A DNA stretch of 63,485 bases, counting the filler, from Octopus bimaculoides (taxonomy: Eukaryota), in NCBI RefSeq assembly GCF_001194135.2. It is 5 parts of 5 records of this genome, joined end to end, with 100 filler letters (N's around TTAATTAATTAA, not from the genome) between each part and the next. Parts side by side here need not be neighbours in the genome. Positions count along the whole stretch, not along the records: positions 52,207 to 59,061 come from NC_068994.1; positions 59,162 to 61,426 come from NW_026376820.1; positions 61,527 to 63,485 come from NC_068987.1; 2 more parts are not named here. One strand, written 5' to 3'. Below are positions 53,273 through 63,485 of the stretch, piece by piece; position 1 is the first letter of the stretch; the number at the start of each line of letters is the position of its first letter. Both the position numbers and the translations under genes were made by a program. Below the pieces are notes generated by a model. The model did no database searches, was not told the origin of the DNA, and saw only the letters and a list, made by a program, of their open reading frames with translations.

Positions 53273-53470
53273 AAGAGATGAGGAATTCTGTACATTATTT
53301 ACATTTGACGGATATTTGTCCTCATCTTGTTTGTTAACATAACGTTTCGGCTGATATACCCTCCAGCCTTCATCATGTGTTTTGGGGGAAATTTCGAACC
53401 TGGATTCTCATTCCTAAGGTATTTTTCTATGTCATTATTATTATAATTATTATTATTATTATTATCATTG

Positions 53471-53590
53471 TTCAGTAGTTTTATTTTTATAACGTGCTTT
53501 CACTTCACTACCGAGCGCAGCTCTGTGTGCCTTGGGTATGTGCTGTGGTTTACTGTGATGCTCTTATGGTTACTGTATTGAAAGTGTTTT
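53471..53590 (-). mobile_element. Second copy of the same R4/Dong 3' end
   Basis: Reverse complement nearly matches 7243-7360 (AAAACACTTTCAATACAGTAACCATAAGAGCATCAC...AACTACTGAA) and is followed by a (TAA)n tail at about 53433-53470. Confidence 0.8.
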
Positions 53591-55149
53591 CCATCTCACT
53601 GTTTGTTTTGCTTCATTTTGAAAAATAAAAATAAAAGTTTATTTTATGGTTTATTATTGCTTATATTTTGAATTACATATATATGGGGGCACTGAAATCT
53701 TTTTAATGCTTAGGGCCTCAATGGGTCTTAATCCAGCCCTGACTGGTTGCCATCACTTTGGTATAGAGACCCTGGCAACATTTCAACTGACCGACATCAT
53801 CACCACCACCACCACCACCTTTCCTATTGCTCTCTCTCTCTCTCTATCTCATATATATATATGACGGGCTTCTTTCAGTTTCTGTCTATCAAATCCACTC
53901 AGAAGGCTTTGATCGGCTCGAAGCTATAGTAGAAGACACTTGCCCAAGGTACAACGCAGTGAGACTGAACCTGGCACCATGTGATTGGGAAGCAAGCTTC
54001 TTACCACCACACAGCCACCGTTCCTTGAGATATTTAATCTTCTCCCTCCCAATGCCGAAAGAAAGAGAGGAGAGAGAAAGGACAGACTCTCTGGATACTA
54101 GAAAAAAGTTATGGACGCCCAGGTAAAGACTGGACAGTGGTGAGAGTGCCATGTTCCAGTAAGCCATGCTGCATCGTATTTCATTCATCATTGCATGTTG
54201 GAATGTGCAGTATGGTGTTCAAATAACTGAGAAGATAGGTTCACATCATGTTGTTTAGTTGACTGTCTCTGTATGTGAGAGGTCTGCTCCATCAAAGCTG
54301 ATCTGAGAAGTGGAGACGGAGGAAACATCGTTAGTACCGTCCTGTCACTAATATATCATGTGGAGGTGCGTGGCTTAGTCGTTAGGGTGTTGGACTCGCG
54401 ATTGTAAGATTGTGGTTTCGATTCCTGGTCTGGGTGACGCGTTGTGTTCTTGAGCAAAACACTTCATTTCACGTTGCTCCAGTCCACTCAGCTGGCAAAA
54501 ATGAGTAACCCTGCGATGGCCCAGCACCCAGCCCAGGTCCATGAAACCGGGAAGCCGGCTCTTATGAGTCGGTATGACTTGAGAATGTAGCTTTACTTTA
54601 TTTGCGAAGGTATGTAGCTCAGTGGTTATAATGTTAGATAGATGATTTGTAAGATTGTGGTTTCGATTCCTGGATCGGGTGACGCGTTGTATCCTTGAGC
54701 AAAACACTTCATTTCATGTTGTTTCTGTTTATTCAGCCGGCAACAAGTCATCCTGCAATGAACCGGCGTCCCATCTACGTGGGGAATATATATGCCATGA
54801 AACCAGGGGAACCCCCACCCCCTCCGGTTCTTGTGAGTCTGTATGATTCAAGAAGATAACTTTACCTTTTCACTGATATTTCATCACTATTTACACTAAC
54901 CAGTGTTACAGACATCTCTGTGTTTTCCACACTAGTATCACAGCTACCAATAACAGGAACACCTCAACCCCCAATGCCACCACCGTCATTATTACTGTCA
55001 TCACCACATCACCCATCACCTCCATCACTTTCACCACCACCACCACCACTACTACCACCACTATCATTGCTTTCAACAACATAACCATCACCACCACCAT
55101 CATCATCATCAGTATCATCACATTTACCATCACTATAAACACTGTTGCC

Positions 55150-55304
55150 ACCCTTTCTCTCTCCCTCTCTCTCTTTCTCTCTCTCTCATACTCCAACATA
55201 CACACACACACACACACACACTTTCATTACCTCTAACACACACAAACAGTCTCTCCCTAGTACACACACACACACACAAAATAAACACAAATACACACAC
55301 ACAC

Positions 55305-55340
<36 letters not shown>

Positions 55341-55498
55341 ACACATACTCTCTCTACTCCTCTCTCACGTTCCCTCTTTCTCTCTCTCTCTTTGACATAT
55401 ACTCACTCTACTCCACTCACATTCTCTCTCACTCTCTCTCTTTCTCTTTGAATCATACTCTCTCTACTTCTTTCTCTCTTTGAATCACACTCTCTTTA

Positions 55499-55529
<31 letters not shown>

Positions 55530-56076
55530 ACATACACTCTGTACTCTTCTCACATTCTCTCTCTCTATTTCTCTCTTTCTCTCTCTCTTTGAATCATACT
55601 TACTCTCTCTTTCTTTGACACATACTCTCACTACTCCTCTCTCAAAATTCTCTCTCACTCTCATTCTCTCTCTCTCTCTCTCTCTTTGAATCATACTCTC
55701 TCTACCCCTCTACCACATTCTCTCTCTCTCTCTCTCCCTCTCTCTCACCCACTCACCACCACCCCACTCTCTTCACTCTGATGTCATAACCATTTGACCT
55801 ACTAGCAAGCTTTCTCAGTATAATGTGATAAAATAACCTTTAATTCGATTTTCAGCTGTGAGATCGCTTCCAGCTGCCTCCATCTTCCTATGCCATATTC
55901 CTTTCTTTCTTTTACTCAAACATTTCTTCCTTCTTTCATTCTGCCCTGCCTCTCTTCTTCTCCATCTCTCTCTCGCTCTCCCTCTATCTTGCTCGCCCTC
56001 TATCTTGTTCTCTCTCTCTCTCTCTCCTCTTTCTCCCCTGTATCTTGTTCCCTCTTTCCCTTTCCCCCTCTACCTT

Positions 56077-56118
<42 letters not shown>

Positions 56119-56128
56119 NNNNNNNNNN

Positions 56129-56167
<39 letters not shown>

Positions 56168-56390
56168 TTCACTCCTTCTGTCTTGCTCTCTGTCACTTTC
56201 TCTCCCCTTTCTCTTTCTCTCTCTCTCTCTTCCTCTCACTCTCTCTCCCAATGTTTTGTTCTCTCGCTCACTTTCTCTTTCCCTCAATCCTCCTCTCCCT
56301 CCCTCTCTTTCTCTCTCTCTCTCTCTCTTTATCTATCTATCTTGCCCTCTTTCTTTTTCTCCCCCTCTCTCCCTCTCTTAATTCTCTCTA
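55150..56390. repeat. (CT)n-based compound mini/microsatellite
   Basis: (CT)n runs interleaved with recurring TTTGACACATACT and TTTGAATCATACT spacers. Confidence 0.8.
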
Positions 56391-57099
56391 CTAATACTTA
56401 TTACATTTGAAGCTGATAAAGAACTGTTCCATCTTATTCTTCTTGGTTAACTTTGGTTGACTGCATTGTTGGTTAATTAGTTAATTAACTACTTGCTTGC
56501 TTGCTTAATTGGTTACTTAGTTTAAATGCTTGGCTGGTCAACTTGTTGACTCATTGGCTGGTTGTTAATTCTATTCTTACCTAGCTTTCTCTTCACTACC
56601 ATTCTTCTATTTCACAGTTCCTCCCATTTTTTTCTAATTTATTTTCACTCTATTTCTCACTGTCTTCTTCTTCGTCTTCTTCTTGTTATCTTCTTCTTTC
56701 TTATCTCGATCATTCTTATTAATCTTCTTCATGCATCGTAATATTTTTTTTACTCATTTCTTCCTGTCTCTTTTCATCACAATTCTTCTCGATCTTAATT
56801 TATCTTGACCTTCTGAAGACGACTTTTTTCATTTTCATCTCAAACAATTTTCTTCTTGATTTTTTCTTAATCTTCTTCTCAATTTTCTTTATTTTCCTTG
56901 GTTTCCTAAATTCTTCTTTATCTCCTCGCTTCTTCTTATTCTTCTCAATATTCTCAATCCATTTGCTCTTGATTTTCGTCCTTATTCACTTGTCCTTCTT
57001 GATCTTTCCAATTCACTTTATTCATCTTGATCCCTTTCTCAACTCATCTTACTCTTCATAATCTCAATTTCTCTTGACTTTTACCTTCAAAACTCCCCT

Positions 57100-57480
57100 C
57101 ACTATTTTGGTGTTGGTGTATCTTCCTCTCCATCCATCTTGGTCTTCCTCACACTTCATTTTGTTCTTTTTGATACTCTCAGTCCATTTTGTCCTTGATC
57201 TTCTCAATCCTTCTTGAACTTGATCTTTCTATCAATTCATCTTGTTCTACTTGATCTTCCGCTCACTTCATCTTGTTCAGCTTAATCTTCCTCTCAAATT
57301 TATGTAGTTCTTTCTGATCTTCCTTTCAGTTCATCATATTCTTCTTGATCCCCCCCCCCCATTCATCTTGTTCGTTTTGATCTTCTCAATCCATTTTGAT
57401 CCTTGATTCTCTTCTCAATACATCTTGTTCTTTTTGATCTTCCTCTCAAGTCATCTTGATTTTCTTGATTCATCTTATTT
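57100..57480. repeat. Degenerate ~31-bp minisatellite within a long pyrimidine-rich tract
   Basis: Unit like TTCATCTTGTTCTACTTGATCTTCCGCTCAC repeated with variation. Confidence 0.65.
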
Positions 57481-59176
57481 CTTTTGATCCTTACGATTAA
57501 ATTATTCCTGCTTACCTTAATTTTTCTTGCATTATCCCTTTTAAGGTATATTTGAGTAAATTATAGGATGTGGGTGTGTGCATGCGCACATGTGTGTGCG
57601 TATGCATGCGTGTTGTGTTGGCCATAATAAAGAGTGTTATGAATAGATAAGATTGATTTGACAATGGAGTAAGTCTAGCTAGTATATAACATCATCTATC
57701 ACTGCAGCTTCACCATGGGGTAGAGATTTCGGTCTCTACAACACTGCACTAGTTTATTACATGTTGGAATAGATTATCAACCAAACATTGAACTTCCAAA
57801 TTCTTCTTTCCAATTCTCAATTCCTCTAGTTCTTCTCAATTCTTCTTGATATTCTTAGTAATGTTTCTCGCGTTTCTTTCTAAACTCATTCCCAATTATT
57901 CTTTTTGATCAATCTTACTCCTAAGTCTTCTCAATCTCCTCAATTGTCTTTTTCTCAATTATTCTACTTTTTGATATCCCCCAGTTCTTAAACCTTCCAA
58001 ACATTTGTTCTTTGTATTTTTCATTCTCCTTGTTCTCAACTGTTTTTTTGGGGGGGTTTTTTAAAAATATTTCTTGATCTCCTTTTAAATTTTTTCTTGA
58101 TATTTAAAATTTATTCTGATCTTTAAAATTCTTCTTCTCAGTTCTTATTTGAAGACATCTTTCGTTCTTCTTCCTCAATATTCTTATTCATCTACAGCTG
58201 CTTTTTTTAAGCTTCTATTTTGATTTTCATTTTGCTTTCCGAGTTTCCCTGTTTTTTCCCTTCTCCTTTCTGGTATTTCAATTTTACTACTTTGTACTCC
58301 TGTATTTTGATTTCTCTTTTCTTAAATTTCTTGTCATTTTTTTCATTCAGCTTGTCCATGTTCTTCTATTTCATTGGCCTAATATTGTACTTACATCTCC
58401 TTAACTATTGACTGATCAGCTAAGAGCACAATGTAACAACAAAAAAGTCTTTTACTAATGCAAGACTCTGCATCATACCATTTCCCAGTATGTTATTCAA
58501 AAACAAGAAAAAAACAGAAAGAGCTATACAAGGGGAAACAACTCTATTACCAGTTTAACCTCCTGTCATTGAAAACAAAAATTACATTTGTCATTTTGTA
58601 TGTAGAGATTATGGACATTTAGGAAAAAATTTGTGACTGAAGTAGGTTTTTCTCTTTTTCTTTTTCTTTTTTCCGCATTTTGTTTTCAAAGACTTTTGGA
58701 GTTTGAAAGACAGTTATTTCAGGCAGGAATATCATTGCTAAGAAAATACTTCAAATATTGCAAAGAAGAAATCACAGACAACGAAACACAGCTTGTCTGT
58801 ATAGAAAAAGTTCAGAGAGCCTTTTTCCCCATTCTCATTCAACTATCGGTGTGAACGACAGTTTTCACCAACATTTACAACCTCCCCAAAATTTTGCATA
58901 AAACTCTCAACAAGTTTATTTGTTCGTGTGTGTTTGTGTGTGTGTGTGTTCTTTGTGTATAATTACACACACAAATTCAAAGCACACATTTTGACATCAG
59001 CACATGCATCTTTAACTATAGGAATGTATAGTCACACACACACACACACACACACACACACNNNNNNNNNNNNNNNNNNNNNNNNNNNNNNNNNNNNNNN
59101 NNNNNTTAATTAATTAANNNNNNNNNNNNNNNNNNNNNNNNNNNNNNNNNNNNNNNNNNNNAAGCGGACGTTAAAC

Positions 59177-59208
<32 letters not shown>

Positions 59209-59291
59209 CTTGGTTATAATTTCCTGATCAATTGACTGATCCACAGTTTATTTGCTTAAGTACACTGGCATTTGTGTGTTTATCTTTTCAG

Positions 59292-59464
59292 ATGGGTCCC
59301 CGTATGATGCAGAATCCTCATATACGTGTACAATATGTATGGAACGGCGTTGGAACATGGTCTTTGAATGTGGCCACACCACTTGTAAAGAATGCGGAGG
59401 CCAAATTCATCAGTGCCATTTGTGTCGGAAACAAATTGAGAGAAAGATTATTATTAAACATTGA
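59292..59464 (+). CDS. Terminal exon of a Mind-bomb-like RING E3 ubiquitin ligase (C3HC4 RING-HC)
   Basis: Acceptor TATCTTTTCAG|, phase 1. Reads (D)GSPYDAESSYTCTICMERRWNMVFECGHTTCKECGGQIHQCHLCRKQIERKIIIKH*. Spacing is C-x2-C-x10-C-x-H-x2-C-x2-C-x6-C-x2-C, resembling the last RING of MIB1/MIB2 as recalled (C..C.DR..NM.F.CGH..C..C......CP.CRK.IE..I). Confidence 0.8.
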
Positions 59465-59539
59465 TAAACCTTGTTGATTTTTGTCTCTTGTAAACCACCA
59501 TCTCACTATTTCTCTTTCTATTTCTCTCTGCCATTTATT

Positions 59540-59909
59540 ATTGTTGTGTGCACTCCGTCGCTTACGACGTCGAGGGTTCCAGTTGATCCGATCAATGGAA
59601 CAGCCTGCTCGTGAAATTAACGTGCAAGTGGCTGAGCACTCCACAGACACGTGTACCCTTAACGTAGTTCTCGGGGAGATTCAGCGTGACACAGTGTGAC
59701 AAGGCTGACCCTTTGAATTACAGGCACAACAGAAACAGGAAGTAAGAGTGAGAGAAAGTTGTGGTGGAAGAGTACAGCAGGGTTCGCCACCACCCACTGC
59801 CGGAGCCTCGTGGAGCTTTTTAGGTGCTTTCGCTCAATAAACACTCACAACGCCCGGTCTGGGAATCGAAACCGCGAGTTCGCTGCCCTAACCACTGGGC
59901 CATTGCGCG
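59540..59909 (-). mobile_element. tRNA-derived SINE antisense in the putative 3' UTR of the RING gene
   Basis: Minus strand GCGCAATGGCCCAGTGGTTAGGGCAGCG...GGTTTCGATTCCC. The 3' half is shared with 26560-26710. Near-identical second copy at 60379-60749. Confidence 0.75.
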
Positions 59910-61871
59910 NNNNNNNNNNNNNNNNNNNNNNNNNNNNNNNNNNNNNNNNNNNNNNNNNNNNNNNNNNNNNNNNNNNNNNNNNNNNNNNNNNNNNNNNNNN
60001 NNNNNNNNNNNNNNNNNNNNNNNNNNNNNNNNNNNNNNNNNNNNNNNNNNNNNNNNNNNNNNNNNNNNNNNNNNNNNNNNNNNNNNNNNNNNNNNNNNNN
60101 NNNNNNNNNNNNNNNNNNNNNNNNNNNNNNNNNNNNNNNNNNNNNNNNNNNNNNNNNNNNNNNNNNNNNNNNNNNNNNNNNNNNNNNNNNNNNNNNNNNN
60201 NNNNNNNNNNNNNNNNNNNNNNNNNNNNNNNNNNNNNNNNNNNNNNNNNNNNNNNNNNNNNNNNNNNNNNNNNNNNNNNNNNNNNNNNNNNNNNNNNNNN
60301 NNNNNNNNNNNNNNNNNNNNNNNNNNNNNNNNNNNNNNNNNNNNNNNNNNNNNNNNNNNNNNNNNNNNNNNNNNNNATTGTTGTGTGCACTCCGTCGCTT
60401 ACGACGTCGAGGGTTCCAGTTGATCCGATCAATGGAACAGCCTGCTCGTGAAATTAACGTGCAAGTGGCTGAGCACTCCACACACACATGTACCCTTAAC
60501 GTAGTTCTCGGGGGATATTCAGCGTGACACAGAGTGTGACAAGGCTGACCCCTTTGAATTACAGGCACAACAGAAACAGGAAGTAAGAGTGAGAGAAAGT
60601 TGTGGTGGAAGAGTACAGCAGGGTTCGCCACCACCCACTGCCGGAGCCTCGTGGAGCTTTTTAGGTGCTTTCGCTCAATAAACACTCACAACGCCCGGTC
60701 TGGGAATCGAAACCGCGAGTTCGCTGCCCTAACCACTGGGCCATTGCGCGTCCATGCCATTTATTATAGACTTTCTTAAAATAAAAGAAGAATCATGACG
60801 TTTCGACAGAAAAAACAAAAGGGAAGCAAAACGATAAAAAGTTTGTGGTTAAAAGTTTAAGAAAAAACAAATTTTCATATATAAGAAAAAATATATAAAA
60901 GAAAGAAAAATAAGAATAAAAAAAAGGAAAGATATAAGAATATAGGAAACACAAGTGAAGAGTCAGCCAGGGATACAAGTTCATTGCGAATTGTTCGTTG
61001 CACATGTGGATGATGAACACAGTAGGGGAAAGTCCTTAGATGGTGGAGAGGCAAAACAACGGTGAAATCTGGAGGGGAAATACACATACATACATATACA
61101 TATATATACGTATGTGTATATATCTATATCTATATATATATACATATATATTATATAAATATATGTATATATTATATAAATATTATATATATTATATAAA
61201 TATATGTACTGATGATGTCTATTGAGACGGAAACATATATGCCGTATTTCTAGACAATAAACTAGTTCTAATCCTTTATGGCATGGAAGTTTTCTTGTTT
61301 CTAGGATTATTTCTTCTGATGTGAATCTGGTATTAATTATCAATTGGTAATTATGGTGGAGGCGCAATGGCCCAGTGTTTTGGGCAGCGGACACGCGGTC
61401 ATAGGATCGCAGTTTCGATTCCCAGANNNNNNNNNNNNNNNNNNNNNNNNNNNNNNNNNNNNNNNNNNNNTTAATTAATTAANNNNNNNNNNNNNNNNNN
61501 NNNNNNNNNNNNNNNNNNNNNNNNNNAAGACACCATTTCGAGCGTGGCCATTTTCGTGCGGGTGACACGTAAAAGCACCCACTACACTCTCTGAGTGGTT
61601 GGCGTTAGGAAGGGCATCCAGCTGTAGAAACTCTGCCAAATTAGATTGGAGCCTGGTGTTGCCATCCGGTTTCACCAGTCCTCAGTCAAATCGTCCAACC
61701 CATGCTAGCATGGAAAGCAGACGTTAAACGATGATGATGATGATGATGATGATGATGATACACACACATACATATACACATTCCTGCACACACATATGCA
61801 TGCTTGTACATGCCCACATGTACATATATATATACACACTTATATACATGCACATACATATACATATATAA

Positions 61872-61914
<43 letters not shown>

Positions 61915-61919
61915 TATAT

Positions 61920-62735
61920 GGGTACAGAACATCACCAACAGTAAACAACTTGAAATACGAAAACAAATGAGTTCGATAGACAAACAATGAGAGAAACAAA
62001 TGGAAAGCAGGAAAAGTAGCATAAAGAATGACCCTTCATCAGTTGTTGGCTGTCTATCCACTCCTCGTTTCAAGCATTGAACGACAATATGAGTCTTTGA
62101 AGACAGTTGTTCCCATAAGTACCAAAATATAATTTGGGATTTATGGAGGGTCAAAGTTGGGAAGAAAAACTGGACAGTGGAGACATACAAGGAAACCGAA
62201 CAAAAAACAAACATAGAGGGTCATTGGATCAGAACGAGGGTAAAATAGCAAATGCTGGAGAAATATTTTCTTTGAGAAGAGAAAGATAGAAGAGAGAGAC
62301 AGGATACATCCAGTCTTTAGGACAACACTGAAAGAAAAGATGACTACGTGAGGAAAAGAAAGATGGATGATGGTCACATGTGAGCAACAAGAGAGAGTAA
62401 AGGAGAAAGAGGAGGAGAAAACAGTATAGGGTAGAGTCGCATCAAAAAGATTGGGATAAACTTACTTGGAAATGGATGCATGGCGTTCAATCAAATTATA
62501 ATATTTATATATATATGGGTCCAGGACATCACATGAAATACGAAAACAAATGTGTTTGATATGCAAAGAACGAGATAAACAAATAGAAAACAAGACAAGT
62601 AACATAAAGAATGACCCTTCATCAGTTGTCGGCTTTCTATCTACTCTTCATTATGATCATTAAACGGCAATATGAATCTTCGAAGACAGTTGCTCCCATA
62701 AGTACCAAAATAAAATTTGGGATTTATGGAGGGTC
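61920..62735. repeat. Diverged direct repeats (~61920-62150 and ~62517-62735), possibly Penelope-like LTRs
   Basis: Shared GAAATACGAAAACAAATG, CATAAAGAATGACCCTTCATCAGTTG and CCCATAAGTACCAAAAT...GGGATTTATGGAGGGTCA. Confidence 0.7.
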
Positions 62736-63214
62736 ACATACATGCATGCACAAATGCATATATGGACACATATGTACATTTATCTATATACATGTACAAA
62801 AATACACACACTCACATACTCAGATGTGTTCACATATATACATACACATATGTATATTTTTATATACACTCATACACATACATAGATATAAAAAACATAC
62901 ATATTCATGTCTACACACATATACAAATATACACACAATGACATGTATTTACATACATATATACACCTAATCATTGAGCTACATGTATATTTATTCATAC
63001 ATACAGTCATATACTCATGTACCTACTCATATGCATACATGTATGTGCACATATACACATGTACTGGTAACTTACACACACACAGTCATGAAAGTATATA
63101 TGTGCACATACTCATATATATATGGGAGAATGTACGAAAAAACAACAACAGACGAGGACAGGTGGTGTAAACAACAAAAGGATGTATTAGTATGACGCTT
63201 GGGAATACGGAAAG

Positions 63215-63251
63215 TCTTTGACGTTTCGAGCTACGCTCTTCAACAGAAAGA
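63215..63251 (-). ncRNA. Minimal type I hammerhead-ribozyme-like fold (variant core, GUC triplet)
   Basis: Minus strand TCTTT-CTGTTGA-a-GAG-cgtag-CTC-GAAA-CGT-C-AAAGA. Confidence 0.6.
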
Positions 63252-63485
63252 ATACGGAGACAAGGAGAAAAACGCGGAGAAAAAAAATTGAATAGTGTTC
63301 AGTCAACGGTCAATCATAATGATGGCTGATCATAACAATGGCTGACCGGAAGTTAGAAATTCTTTTTTCAGGAGAGCTAAGAAAAGGGGGAGATAACAAA
63401 CGGTGATTGAAGAACGAGGGGCTGTGTGTGGGAGATAGAATGCTGGTGATCTTGACGTATGTAGTGTGAAAATGGGGAAGGGAGA

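Noticed and set aside
58695-58854. Open frame after a polypyrimidine tract (LLEFERQ...KYFKYCKEEITDN) as a penultimate RING-gene exon
   Set aside because: No good donor site found and the zinc ligands are missing; resemblance is too weak.
59540-60749. Tandem duplication of a ~370-bp SINE across a gap
   Set aside because: The copies abut the two sides of an N-gap and differ at only a few sites. Most likely uncollapsed haplotypes or contig overlap.

Overview
Eukaryotic, repeat-rich, gapped genomic DNA. It is probably an octopus genome; this is an inference from the SINE families and microsatellite load, not a database match. It holds (1) the five 3' coding exons of mitochondrial GTPase Era (ERAL1) on + (8485-22541), which splice in frame to a stop, and (2) an intact terminal exon encoding a Mind-bomb-type C3HC4 RING (59292-59464). 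Faint, decayed ankyrin-like remnants lie upstream of the RING exon in a block present three times. The rest is mobile-element debris. This includes three lineages of R4/Dong non-LTR retrotransposons (two abutting (TAA)n tracts), CR1/L2-type and RTE LINE fragments, and at least three SINE families, one forming head-to-tail arrays joined by (ATT)n. Mariner, piggyBac-like and Merlin-like MITEs and Penelope-like repeats are also present. Best leads: a repeat family carrying a minimal hammerhead-ribozyme fold with a non-canonical core; a Merlin-like MITE with an internal telomeric palindrome; two long foldbacks; a recent inverted mosaic duplication; and a CpG-depletion boundary just downstream of ERAL1. 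All coordinates, alignments and translations were done by eye, and TE boundaries are approximate.
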